Source: Tubiluchus corallicola (Eukaryota > Animalia > Priapulida). Taken from it: 64,000 bases of DNA. The stretch lies in assembly GCA_030141605.1 (NCBI GenBank), contig JAQGDQ010000928.1, positions 15,838-79,837 of the forward strand, in the 5' to 3' direction. The notes beneath the pieces were generated by a model. The model ran no database searches. It had not been told where the DNA came from and was given only the letters and a program-made list of their open reading frames with translations. Below are positions 15,001 to 27,219 of this stretch, piece after piece. Positions within the stretch are counted from its first letter, which is position 1. The number at the start of each line of letters is the position of its first letter. Both the position numbers and the translations under genes were made by a program.

Positions 15001-18000
15001 CCTCATGTGCACAACAGCCACACACCATGTTGCTTGACCTGTGAACACACTATGCTGGGCTGTCAAGCAAACAGTACTACCCTCACGTGCTCTGGTTCCA
15101 TACAAGTACAAAGAAAGAACTAAAGAAAAAAGACTTATTATATTGAATATTATAAATAATATTGAGTGAAAATAGGGGCTGCTGCAGTTCCACATACACG
15201 AGCCGCCAATGGTGTTATTATGCATAACATTCACAACAATGTTATGGGGAATTAAATGTTTACTAAGCTTGTAACCATTTGTCACCTATAAGCCATTTGC
15301 TAGTCTTTAAATGCCTTTTAAAAATTTTGGCTTCAGTGTAGCTATGCTCTTGTTTGGAAAATGTTACACCTGATACCCACCTGAGAAAAATGTTTTGGTC
15401 AGGTGATGCATATTGTAAAAAAAAGTGAATGAAAAGGTGCAATATCAAATAGAACCTAGTAAATAACTTGTTCATGTGATGCAGCGACTTGTTAACATCA
15501 CAAATGCATATATATCACATTCAGAAGTTTGTATTTCCCTTGGAAAACAGCTACTAATGCGTGTGTTTCAACACACGTTTTTGTTTTTAAAGTATTGTAC
15601 TTTCTTTTTTCAAACGTCTTGCATTCCTAAATTTGTACAATTTTGCTTTTAACTGTAGTAATAAGACAAACATAAACTGCACAAATCACCCTACCAAAGT
15701 ATTCCTGACATCAAACTTATGAGTGTTACTGACAAACTTTCATTAAGAGCAAATTATGCGGTAAATTTCCTGTCTTTCGCCAAACTTACTAAATGGAGAG
15801 AATATAATGAACGACAGCACAAAGGTTTTATCTAATAAAAATGATCACTAACATTAGTGGCATAGCTAGGGAGGCAGAGGGGGCAGTCTGTGCAATATGT
15901 GTAAATAATAGTTTGTCTTTGCTTTTAACGTTTCTGTGCAGCATACTTTTCAGTTACCTTGATAAATTGTCATGCCTAGACCTCAATAAATTATTATGCC
16001 TAGACCTTGATAAATTGTTATGCTTAGCCCTTGATACATTGATATGCACTAACTCTCGATAAATTGCCATGCCTAGACCTCAATAAATTATTATGCCTAG
16101 ACCTTGATAAATTGTCATGTCTAGACCTTGATAAATTGTTATGCCTAGCCCTTGATACATTGATCATGCCTAGCTCTCGATAAATTGCCATGCCTGGACC
16201 TCAATAAATTATTATGCCTAGACCTTGATAAATTGTTATGCTTAGCCCTTGATACATTGATCATGCCTAACTCTCGATAAATTGCCATGCCTAGACCTCA
16301 ATAAATTATTATGCCTAGACCTTGATAAATTGTCATGTCTAGACCTTGATAAATTGTTATGCCTAGCCCTTGATACATTGATATGCCTAGCTCTCGATAA
16401 ATTGCCATGCCATGGACCTCAATAAATTATTATGCTCTAGACCTTGATCACAATTGTTATGCTTAGCCCTTGATACATTGATATGCCTAACTCTCGATAA
16501 ATTTTGCTACATCAGGAACCTAGACCACTCAATAACATTATGTATGCTGCTAGGTAAACCTTGATAAATTGTCATGTCTAGACCTTGATAAATTGTACTA
16601 TTGCCTAGTCCCTATGATACATGTGATATGCCTAGCTCTCGATAAATTGCCATGCCTGGACCTGCAATAAATTATTATGCCTAGACCTTGTATAGAATTG
16701 TTATGCTTAGCCCTTGATACATTGATATGCCTAACTCTCGAAATAAATTGCCATGCACTATGACCTTATGCACTAATTTGGTTTGTAATAATAGCAAAAT
16801 AGGAGTATTTCTTAAAGAATATTTTTGTTGATAACCAAACAATTAGCTAGTCTAGTTTAGTTAAAGAATTTTCAATAAGTTTACTTCAAGCTGTGAAAAT
16901 GTCACATTTTACAACACATCAGTAAGAAAGTAAAAATATTCAAGACCAATGCTTGCAACTTAGAAGGTGGCTCCATCTGAGGAAAACCCATAATTTCATT
17001 AGCCTAGAGGCCCCAGAAGGTGTGATCCGGCCCTCACCATAAAGGAACAATTCGTCTTTTGTATTTATATTACTTGAAACCATGAATGAATGTACTAACA
17101 CTAGTAAACTAAACCTTACATACATGTACCCATGTTTACGCAACCTAACAGCAAATTTGCACTTTAGTCTTTTAGCTTATTTCTGTTTTGTCGTGGTGTG
17201 GTCATCTTCAAATTTAGTAATTTGCAAGAAAGTTTTGTAATATACTCTCCGTAAGTCCAGTTTTGACTTTTATTTCTTACACAAAATGAATCAAACTAGC
17301 CTCTTCCGTACAGCGTGTGTGTTTATGTAGCTAGCTTAGTAAACTCAATGATTATAATTCTTATCCTTCAGGTCACCAACGAGATCAAGAACTGAAGAAA
17401 TCAACGAGATAATCTCTCGAGCACAGATGCATGCCAATGAGTATTTAGCGTCATCAACTAGACCGACTGAACAAGATGATCCATTTCGAAACCTCACTGC
17501 TTCTCGAGATTTCCAAGTGCCTAGCTTCTCATCTTCATTGAAGGCTCCACATAACACCCCAATACAACAGCTTAGTCAAGCAAGAGTTCACAACTCTAAA
17601 GTACTTGATCTTGAGTGTTCATTGAATATTCCTTCTAGCCTAGCTTTGCAACGGCCAAGTCAGTCAAGGGGTTATTCCATTTCTCGTGACTCTCAAGTGC
17701 CTAGTTTTGTATCTTCATTAAAAAGTTCTTCCAACGTACCCATGCAGCAGCCTAGCCAGTCAAGGGATTATTCAACTTCTCGGGATTCTCCAGTTCATGG
17801 CCTTGAATCTTCATTGAAAGGTCCTTCTAGCACACCCATCCAGCAGCCTAGCCAGTCAAAGGATTATTCAACTTCTCGGGATTCTCAAGTTCATGGCCTT
17901 GAATCTTCATTGAAAGGTCCTTCTAGCACACCCATGCCACAGCCTAGCCAGTCAAGGGATTATTCCACTTCTCAGGACTCTCAAGTACATGGTCTTGAAT

Positions 18001-18347
18001 CTTCATTGAAAACCCCTTCTAGCACACCCATGCCACAGCCTAGTCAGTCAAGGGATTATTCCACTTCTCAGGACTCTCAAGTACACGGTCTTGAATCTTC
18101 ATTGAAAGGTCCTTCTAGCACACCCATGCAACAGCCTAGTCAGTCAAGGGATTATTCCCCTTCTCGTGATTCACGAGTGCCTAGTCATGTATCATCGTCA
18201 AAAACTTCTACTAATGTGCCGATGCAACAGCCTAGCCAGTCAAGGGATAATTCCCCTTCACGGGATTGTCCAGTGCATAGTCGTGTATCTTCGTTGAAAA
18301 CTTCTTCTAAATCACCCGTGCAACAGCCTAGCCAGTCAAGAAATTAG
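645..18347 (+). CDS. Multi-exon host gene encoding a coiled-coil protein with a Ser/Pro/Gln-rich repeat tail (model incomplete)
   Basis: AG/GT-bounded exons at 645-860, 2469-2513, 3567-3688, 5412-5495, 9868-10095, 11485-11568, 12375-12489, 13850-14007 and 17372-18347 (stop). Phases join correctly at every junction except 5495 (phase 1) to 9868 (phase 2), so an exon is missing. Middle exons are heptad-like (EQLERECSKSASQAQKLSVELERVRQTL; LASIEQALDIERAERR). AATAAA at about 18476. Confidence 0.7.
1385..1484 (-). mobile_element. Degenerate hAT transposase C-terminal dimerisation-domain remnant
   Basis: SVASCKQSFSKLKFIKNYLLSTIS resembles the hATC motif SVASAERSFSKLKLIKNYLRSTM. Confidence 0.7.
2820..3100. 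repeat. (CA)n/(CT)n microsatellite
   Basis: Direct reading. Confidence 0.95.
6766..9208. repeat. Intronic 58-bp tandem satellite, about 42 copies
   Basis: Unit gattgtagaaacaacttagaagtaaagtataggagtattttcatacacgtgtttcgca, head to tail with no spacers. Confidence 0.95.
9868..10095 (+). CDS. Internal coiled-coil exon of the host gene
   Basis: Poly-T TAG acceptor ending 9867, AG|GTATTT donor, E/L/Q/R-rich open frame; phase 2 matches the next exon at 11485. Confidence 0.8.
13316..13819. repeat. 56-bp minisatellite, 9 copies
   Basis: Unit gacttccacaacaatgattacagcaacataatctagtctccgttggaaataaagca. Confidence 0.95.
14361..15090. repeat. 80-bp minisatellite, about 9 copies
   Basis: cctcatgtgcacaacagccacacaccatg... 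recurs every 80 bp. Confidence 0.95.
15956..16770. repeat. 24-bp minisatellite with higher-order structure
   Basis: Unit ccttgataaattgttatgcctaga, with variant monomers recurring in a fixed order. Confidence 0.9.
17372..18347 (+). CDS. Terminal exon of the host gene with about 9 copies of a 32-aa (96-bp) repeat
   Basis: ttatccttcag acceptor, in frame with the 306-aa ORF; unit PSQSRDYSTSRDSQVHGLESSLKGPSSTPMQQ; polyA signal downstream. Confidence 0.8.
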
Positions 18348-18580
18348 TCCCCTTGCCTGAATGGATTGTAGTTTTCTGAACTTCTGACACATAATCCAAA
18401 TGCCAAAAATGTAAATAGTGATATTTTTAATTTTGCTCAATGTATGCACGAAAGGTAATGAAAAGTTCAAATATGAATAAATGTCTTGTGTGTAATTTGA
18501 GTGTTGCTTTTGCCATTTATTTCTTATTAGCCTAACTGATCACCGATTATCATTTTGTTATAATATTGCCATCATAACTG

Positions 18581-19092
18581 TTGGATCACGTGACATCAGC
18601 ATTGGATCACGTGACATCAGTGTTGGATCACGTGACATCAGCATTGGATCACGTGACATCAGCATTGGATCACGTGACATCAGTATTGGGTCACTTGACA
18701 TCAGTATTGGGTCACGTGACATCAGTATTGGATCACGTGACATCAGCATTGGATCACGTGACATCAGCATTGGATCACGTGACAGCATTGGATCACGTGA
18801 CATCAGCTTGGATCACGAGGCATCAGTATTAGATCACGTGACATCAGTATTGGATCACGTGACATCAGCATTGGATCACGTGACATCAGTATTGGGTCAC
18901 GTGACATCAGTATTAGATCACGTGACATCAGTATTGGGTCACTTGACATCAGTATTGGGTCACGTGACATCAGTATTGGGTCACGTGACATCAGTATTGG
19001 ATCACGTGACATCAGTATTGGATCACGTGACATCAGTATTGGGTCACGTGACATCAGTATTGGATCACGTGACATCAGTATTGGGTCACGTG
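18581..19092. repeat. 21-bp minisatellite, about 24 copies, most with TCACGTGA
   Basis: Unit ttggatcacgtgacatcagta. Confidence 0.95.
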
Positions 19093-21019
19093 GTCTTTTG
19101 TACAGTTTACGAACTATTGGCAAATTAAGAGCTGAGATTTTATAATTATTTGTCGTGAAAAAGCATTGCACTTTATTGCACAATTTCAGAACCATATTCA
19201 GAGAATGCTGTACTATAATAACAAACATAATTGCTCTTATAACATTTAATAGTTTAGATCTAATGTCTTTCAACTCTTACATGCCTTGTTACTTTTGTTT
19301 TACTATTATCATATAAAGACAAGTAAATAATTTAAGGTAATAATTTGTAACAAGCGAGAAAAAGCGTCTAAAAAATGAGGTGAGCTGAAGCCACACTGTG
19401 ACAAATGAGGTAGTGATACGACTATCCCCAAAATGTCCTGCAAGTCAAGTGTTTAGGGACTGATCTTAAAAGTGAAGGAAAAGGGGAAGAATAATGTAAA
19501 TAGGTATCTTAAAAAGTCAAACTGTACAAAAGGCAGAACAGCAAAATATTTAAAGTAAAGGAAATTTGTCCCACGAATGTTGAAAGTATAAGAGAAAATC
19601 ATAACAGCTGGCAAACCAAACAAAGTGGTGCTGTGAATTACATAGCATCCATTTCACAACTGGATTTTGAAACTATCTAGATAATCTAAGATAACAAATT
19701 GGTATAATCTTCATCTCTGCTGATAATAGGACCATTTGTTTCATAAAGCGTCTCTCCTCGAGTACTGTCAACTTTCAGTCATGTTTCTTCACTGAGTATT
19801 TTATTATTTATTTATTGACGATTTACAAGCCATACAAATAGAATTGCAGTTACAAGTTACAAACATTACATAAACAATGCAATACATTACAATGAGGAAA
19901 AAACTACGCAGACAAAACCCCGCACGTGGGGTATAATCATCAACATGATACACAATAAAACACAATAATAATAGTAAACGGTGTTTACAGTGGTAAAATA
20001 TTATAATTATGTTATATTATGTTAACTTATTTTACAATGTTTAGTACACAACAAATTTTAGAATTGCAATTACATGTTTCAACAAATTTATACTGTTGAA
20101 CATAATTATATTAAAATGTATTATATTAAAATTACATTTTACAAAATGGTAACATACATTTAAAGTGAAGCGTTAGAATTATTGTATATAATGAAGATCT
20201 TACACTACTAAATAAAACAACAGGTATTATAACTGTGTCGTCCAGAATTGGAATGGTTCATTGTTTTCTATGTGTTTCCCTGCTTTGCAGTGCATTTCTA
20301 ATATTTCCCACCCTGAAAATCACAAAAATCCCATGTTATGTACATAAAAACAATTCCATGGGCTTATATGGAAAACTTGTTTTTTTCAGCCAGCCAGTTT
20401 ACAGAACACTGATACTAAACATTTCACATAGAGTAATAGGTTTAAATAGAATAGAAATTTATGTTTTACTTGGATGCATAAGAATTACACTTACAAGTAA
20501 AACGTGTGATAGATTTTGTACTTTAAACTAGTTTAAATAAGCTCAAAAAATCAGCAGAAGCTCTGAACTAAAAAAAGAAAAATTACCCAGATAAATGTTG
20601 ATATCCATACCAGAATTTGTGTGCTATTATTAACTCTTAAAATGCGATATCTGCATTAACTAAAAAGTCACTAACATGTCTGTTGCTATTGGCAGCAGCT
20701 CCTGACCCACTCCGGTCATTTCTTTTTTTACTTCTGCCATCCAGTACAAGCTGTCTGGCACTCTATATGGACTGGATTCTGAATCTAAATCTGAAATCTA
20801 TACGGTTGGGACAACTTTTTTCAACGTAACTGCAATAGTTTTTATATCCCACAAAACGGTAGAATGTCAGAATGTGTATATAATTAAAGTCAAACTAAGC
20901 CCTCACTAAAAAAACCCTCAATGTCTGTTAGGGTTGTATAGACCTTTAAGTGGTTCTTACTGGAGTGCTTTTTTATAAACTCTATAGTAAAGTTTGCCTA
21001 GGTCTAACTTAGTCTATAC

Positions 21020-21229
21020 TTTCTCTGGATATGTGTTATACTTCCTGGTCCAAGCATCTAATAGTAAATTGCTGTATCTTTTTTTCTCAAAGTATTTTAA
21101 ATATCTATGAGATACTAAGCTGGGAAAGATCCGTTCAAATCCTCCTCGTCTGTGATATTCATCTTCTGCTTCTACTAGTTCACGTACATCAGCTGATGTC
21201 AGGTCATCTAGAATATTTGAACTCACATC
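21020..21229 (-). CDS. TTLL4: Exon of a tubulin glutamylase TTLL4-like gene (possibly an orphan or pseudogene fragment)
   Basis: ILDDLTSADVRELVEAEDEYHRRGGFERIFPS...RYLKYFE..RYSNLL...W..KY matches the conserved post-catalytic block of TTLL4/5 as I recall it; good acceptor (ttattcgcag), weak donor (GTATAG). Confidence 0.75.
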
Positions 21230-21426
21230 CTGCGAATAAATGAAGAATTTTATTTTCTTTCAAGATATTGTTGATTCACGGCTTAAAAAGCCGGATGAAT
21301 TTGGTATAAGTACTACAATTCAAAGCTAAACTGAACATACTGTTTCATCACATGTGTTAAGTATAGTGTGTCATGTAATCATACTGCAGGCAATTGTCAT
21401 GTCGTGCCAGTAATAAAGTAACAGGA

Positions 21427-21955
21427 AAAGTCACAATTGTGGCTAGAAAAAAATCACAGGAAAGCAGTCGCAATTAATTTATGGTGCCTGGTATTAGAAT
21501 ATTGAGAAAAAAGTCACAGGAAGGCAGTCGCAATTAATTTATGGTGCCTGGTATTAGAATATTGAGAAAAAAGTCACAGGAAGGCAGTCGCAATTAATTT
21601 ATGGTGCCTGGTATTAGAATATTGAGAAAAAGTCACAAGAAAGCAGTCCCAATTAATTTATGGTGTCTGGCAATAAGATCACGAGAAAAAGTCACAGGAA
21701 AAAAGCCGCAATTAATTTATGGTGCCTGGTAATAAAATCAGGAGAAAAAAGTCACAGGAAATAAGTCACAGTTAATTTATGGTGCCTGGTAATAAGATCA
21801 CGATACTAAACTCACAGCAAAGAAGTCAAATTATTTTACGGCGCCTGGTAATAAGAACACGAGACTAAAGTCACAGGAAGTAAGTCACAATTATTTTATG
21901 GTGCCTGGTAATAAGATCACGAGAAAAATGTCACAAGAAAAAAAAGTCACAATTT
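21427..21955. repeat. About 60-bp tandem repeat, about 8 copies
   Basis: aaaaagtcacaggaa...aattaatttatggtgcctggta recurs. Confidence 0.85.
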
Positions 21956-23538
21956 TGGAAAGAAAGTCAGTTAGTCAAAGAAAAATGTCCAAGTCAGTAA
22001 CAATATATTTAATTACAATAAACAAATAAAGTAGAAAATATTTTAAATCAGTTATTATTTGGCAATACATGACTTGTATATGTTGACAACAGTATTCTGT
22101 ATGATGGCATTACATCATGTTTTGTTCAATATCTTAGACTTAGAGTTAAAATTATTTCTTTTTTCCTGCGAGTTTTCCATGATTTTTGTCTCAGTATCAA
22201 TATACTTGCCATTGAATTGGTCTCTGAAGTCCTTGAAGTCCCTGAAAAGAGTAGGAGAAATAGCAGAGCCTACTAGTATAGTAGTTCTTTTTAGATTTTC
22301 ATATAATCTGAGAAAAAGAATTGGCCAAGGTTTTGTTCATATATGCCAGTTTTCAAACTTTTTGTTTTGTTTGCTAAAACTATAGAAAATGTAAAGTGCA
22401 TAGTGACTTACGAGACTGAGACTGTACCCAACGGTAATGTTACTGCCAGGTGCCAAGTACTTGAGTTGGTGTCGTCTTCGTGGTTAATTGTACGCTCACT
22501 TGATAAAAATGCTAATGTTTTCTAATGAACGGTCAGATCACGATCAGATCTGGTAGACTTGTACAGAGATTTGGATTCTTTAGCTCGATTTTCGCCCTTT
22601 AGAGAGGGTACTTTTGTGAGTAACTCCCAAAAATTTCAAACTGCTGCTTCATCGCCATTTCTTTGTGAAATTGAACTGAAACTGAAATTAAGCTAAATTG
22701 CACAATATGACATGATAATAATAACAATTACGAAAACAGAGTAGATGTATTTAACTCAATATTAAAACGTAACGGTACTGCTTTACCATAACAGAGCTGT
22801 TGAAAAAAATCAAACAGACTAGAAGGAAATCCTGGAAAGGTGCTTCGATAAAGTTCTGGGGACATTTCTTTCTAGAATGGTCAACAAACCAGACTTATCG
22901 ATTTGATTATGCTGTTTCCTGTGGAAAAGGTCAAAATGCAAACAAAACAAAATGGCTGGAAAGTTTTTGCACAAAATGCACAAATCAAAAGAAATTCAAA
23001 GAAAATTAATATTAGGAGACTATTATGGCATAACTTTTTTTCTACGCTAGCCTTTCTCTGATGTTTCATTAGCCTGTCCCTGGTAAAAATTTGCATAATT
23101 TGCATTTGCAGTAAAAAAATGAACGCTTTTGTTTTTCGTGTGGTGTAAGAGTAGCGTCTATCAGCGGCGGTGGCTCTAATACTGGTCCAATGAAGTCGCC
23201 AGGCGTAATGGATGAATTACTGAAACAGATTTAATTATGTAAATACAAGTACCGGAATTCTTCTTTGGACAGATCACTGACTGAAGTGCTTTGGCAGCTT
23301 TGTGGGTTATTGTGATAATGATGGGATATGTGAGAACACATTGAATTTCGAAAAATGCCACGTGATAGACCTACTAATACATGGTGAATGGACGAGATTA
23401 GTAATGGTATAAAATGGCGTTTTTCGGAGAAAATAACGGATAAGAAATAGATGAAATCGGTTTATGTTGTTTTCAATGCACCCGTTTATACTCTACAAAT
23501 GTGTTGTAGAGTAATACAATTTCATGTAAATGTTGTTG

Positions 23539-23569
<31 letters not shown>

Positions 23570-23854
23570 TGTTGCTGTTGCTGCCGCTGCTGCTGCCTTT
23601 GTACTTGTCGTGGTCGTTGTTGCAGCTGTTGTTGTTGTCATTGTAGTTACTTTTGTTTTTGTTGTGTAGGCAGATGCATAATTTTCGACTTACGATGTAT
23701 CATAGATTACAAGATCTCGAAGTGCAAGTTTATTTATGTACAACAGTTAAAACACACAATGACAAATCTACTATGTCCAGCAACTACTACTTTTGTGTAA
23801 AGCAAATAGTACATAGAATTGCGTAGGTAATTATGACCTTATTTGTTTGTATCA

Positions 23855-23975
23855 GAGGGTTTAGTCTAGTGAAAACGCGCCCGCTTTCTGCCAGGGAGGT
23901 CGTGAGTTCGATACAGCGGCCGAATCATATACAATCTCTAAAAATGGTGCCTGCTATTGCCCTGCCTGGCGTGGT
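23855..23975 (+). mobile_element. Degenerate tRNA-derived SINE, core resembles Meta-type SINEs
   Basis: A-box-like tagtctagtg, B-box-like gagttcgat, then aaaaatggtgcctgctattgccctgcctggcg; no intact cloverleaf. Confidence 0.5.
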
Positions 23976-25204
23976 GTTTATGGTAAAAGTGGGTATCTCT
24001 GTTATGTAGCAGTAGTTTGTTATTTACAATCCGCCCAAAAACTCTTTAGAGCTCATGTTAATTGCTCATCCTAAAATCCGAGTTTAAATAAAAATTGTTG
24101 TTGTTGTTGTTGTTGCTGTTGCTGTTGCTGTTGTTGTTGTTGCTGTTGCTGCTGCTGTTGTTGTTGTTGTTATTATTTTTATAGGGAAGTTCAACAGTTC
24201 CAATTGGTGAACAGGCAGCATTAGTATGAAAACCAACGCATTTGCAACTGAATGTTTGCAGAACTCTATTCCCATATTACGTCCACATGCCAGGTAAAGA
24301 ATATAGTAGTGCTAAAAACTAAAACACTTGTAATAAGTGGTCCAACGTTGCAGTTTGTTAAATGGTGGCAAGAAAGCGAGGCAAGACAAAAGTACCACCT
24401 GTGAGAAAAATGGCCATTTTGATGTCTGACGCTCTCGCAAACTGTTACCTGCAGATGGCGTGTGATCTTGACCTAAAACAGCTCAAGTGCTTTCATTTGC
24501 CAAACATGTTGTGGTACCCCAGGTCATCAACCATCAACCAACCACCCTCTCCCCCTCCCTATCAAATTATTTTTGTTGATGAAACTATAACGTGTGCAGT
24601 AGTAGGCCGAGGGTCCCCCAAAAATAGCAGTCAGTCTTTGGAATACAGCCCAACTCAAACTTAAATCATCAGCCAGCCCAAGAAGCTACAAAAAAGAAAT
24701 TAAAAGATACTTTGCTAACAAATTATTCAAGACCAGCCTATAAAAACGATAAACTAATCAATCCTAGAGACTATCCTTTTATATTACCGGCAATTTAAAA
24801 TATTAATTTTTTTATTTTACAATAAATTTTAGCAACTGACGATCTAAAACAAAAAACAATCAGCCAACTCAATCGAAATTAATTCTGTCATAGTCTTTAA
24901 CCATGTAAAATTAAACGCATGCAAATATAAATGTGATTAAATTTATTTATAAATTTGCGTATTATACGTAAACTTAAATTTAAAAGTATTTTTAACTGTA
25001 TGTAAAAATTTCCGAATTGTAAACCTTTTAAAGTATTTTTCTATTTACTAATATCACTTCATCAATGTTTTTAATCATGTATAATTTACTAATGATCGGA
25101 CACTATTGTAAAGCATCAGTTTAAAGACAGAACATACACATTATTTATATGTATTGTGATTTTGTTACTGTACATTTTGTGTATGTTTTATTACAATAAA
25201 GTAT

Positions 25205-25239
<35 letters not shown>

Positions 25240-26678
25240 TATATATATACGACATACCAAATATCGTGGCTCACGCTCGAAAGCTTTTAAAGGAAAATAC
25301 TAGCCAAAGAAATTTTAGCAGCGCCAATGACCAGTACGAGCAAATACTTTATGAAGATATAAAACCTTATCGCTTAACTTTAACGTTCTTCGTGTCTTTC
25401 TCAGGGTTGTTAATATGTCAACGAGAGAATCACGTCTTAGTGATCTTAAAGTTGTCAGAGAACATCTTCTATCACCTGGTCTTAATGAACAAATCGCCAT
25501 GAACATCGCCAATCAATTTCTAAAGTAAGTGTTTTACATTCCACTATGAAAAAGCATTTACACTAGCAGAACATAACTATGCTACGTTCGGAAAACTTTC
25601 ATCTTTAATTTCCATGCAATATGCAGATGATATTGCTTGTATATCAGCCGCCGTTTAGAGAAATATGATCTTAACGTCAGCAATACAAAAATATCATATT
25701 CGAAGAGGAGTAAATGATGAAAAAGCAGAGAAGTGGGGTCCAAATAAACAAAACGGTTTCTCAAGCTCGAGATTATTAGGATTCGCGCTTTTATTATTTA
25801 CTTCTGCGTAATCTACACAATACACATTTATCTCAGAAAATGATTTCATTTTATTATAATGTAGGGAGTAATTAGTTCAGCTGAATCAAGTTTTTCTGTA
25901 AATGCCAGAAAGACTTTTGAAGTCTTTGTCAGCTATTCATGTGTTTGGCAGCGAGCAGCCTTTCTTTGATATCACATGCGCTTATTGTCATTTCTGCCTT
26001 TACGAACGTCTTCTGTGGCCGTAGTTAATAAGCTATTGTAACAAGAACAGTTGGGTTGCATTACTGAGACGTTCAAACGCAACCGTGGATAATAGCATTA
26101 GCACAATTTAACTCCACATCAGATCAGGACCGCGCCACCTACAATATCTGCAACGGGACAAGAGCAGTTGGGTTGCATTATTGAGACGCTCAAACGCAAC
26201 CGTGGATGATAACGTTAGCACAGTTTAACTCCACATCAGATCAGCACAGCGCCACCTACAATATCTGCAACGGGACAAAATCTGCAACGATTAAAATCCT
26301 CAGTAATCCGCAAAAAAACGAAAAAAACTTAACTGTCAATAAATTATATCTTGTTCTTTTGTGTTTAGCTGTTGCTGACTCCGCGAAATCCTTGAAAAGA
26401 AAAAAAATCCGCGTGTTAATCCGTTTTAGTAAATGTGTAACATTTACTCTTAATTTAAACTCTTAAACCCTGTTTCGCTTAAAGTTCGCAAAAATTCGTG
26501 GACTTCCGGAAAAAACTCCCGTGGACTTTGACTCCGCTAACATGTGATTAAGACTCAATTTCAGAAACATATTGTTATCAATCATAGTTGTTCTTTTGGT
26601 TGCGTTATCGAGACTCTATGACTCTAGAACAAATCAACTGAAGACTATAACTAATTTTTTACACTAACAGTGTAGTCC

Positions 26679-26771
<93 letters not shown>

Positions 26772-26842
26772 TGTAGTGGTGGTGGTGGTGGTGGTGGTGG
26801 TGGCAGCGGCGGCAGCAGCAGCAGCAGTAGTATTAATATTAA

Positions 26843-26876
<34 letters not shown>

Positions 26877-27071
26877 TGTAGTAGTAGTAGCAGTAGTAGT
26901 AGTAGCAGTAGTAGTAGTAGTAGCAGTAGTAGTAGTAGTAGTAGCAGCAGCAGCAGCAGCAGCGGTAGTATTAATATTAGTAGTAGTAGTAGTAGTAGTA
27001 GCAGCAGTAGTAGTAGTAGTGGTAGTAGCAGTAGTAGTAGTAGTAGTAGTAGCAGCAGTAGTAGTAGTAGT

Positions 27072-27160
<89 letters not shown>

Positions 27161-27219
27161 CAGTAGTAGTAGTAGTAGCAGCAGTAGTAGTAGCAGCAGC
27201 AGCAGCAGCAGTAGTAGTA
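26679..27219. repeat. (AGT)n/(AGC)n trinucleotide microsatellite
   Basis: Direct reading; explains the poly-L, poly-V and poly-Y ORFs. Confidence 0.95.

Noticed and set aside
18558-19273. MSRDPIL and LDHVTSV repeat ORFs
   Set aside because: Stop-free frames of a 21-bp minisatellite, with no splice or start context.
23855-23930. Possible tRNA gene
   Set aside because: No acceptor stem or complete cloverleaf; followed by a SINE-like core.
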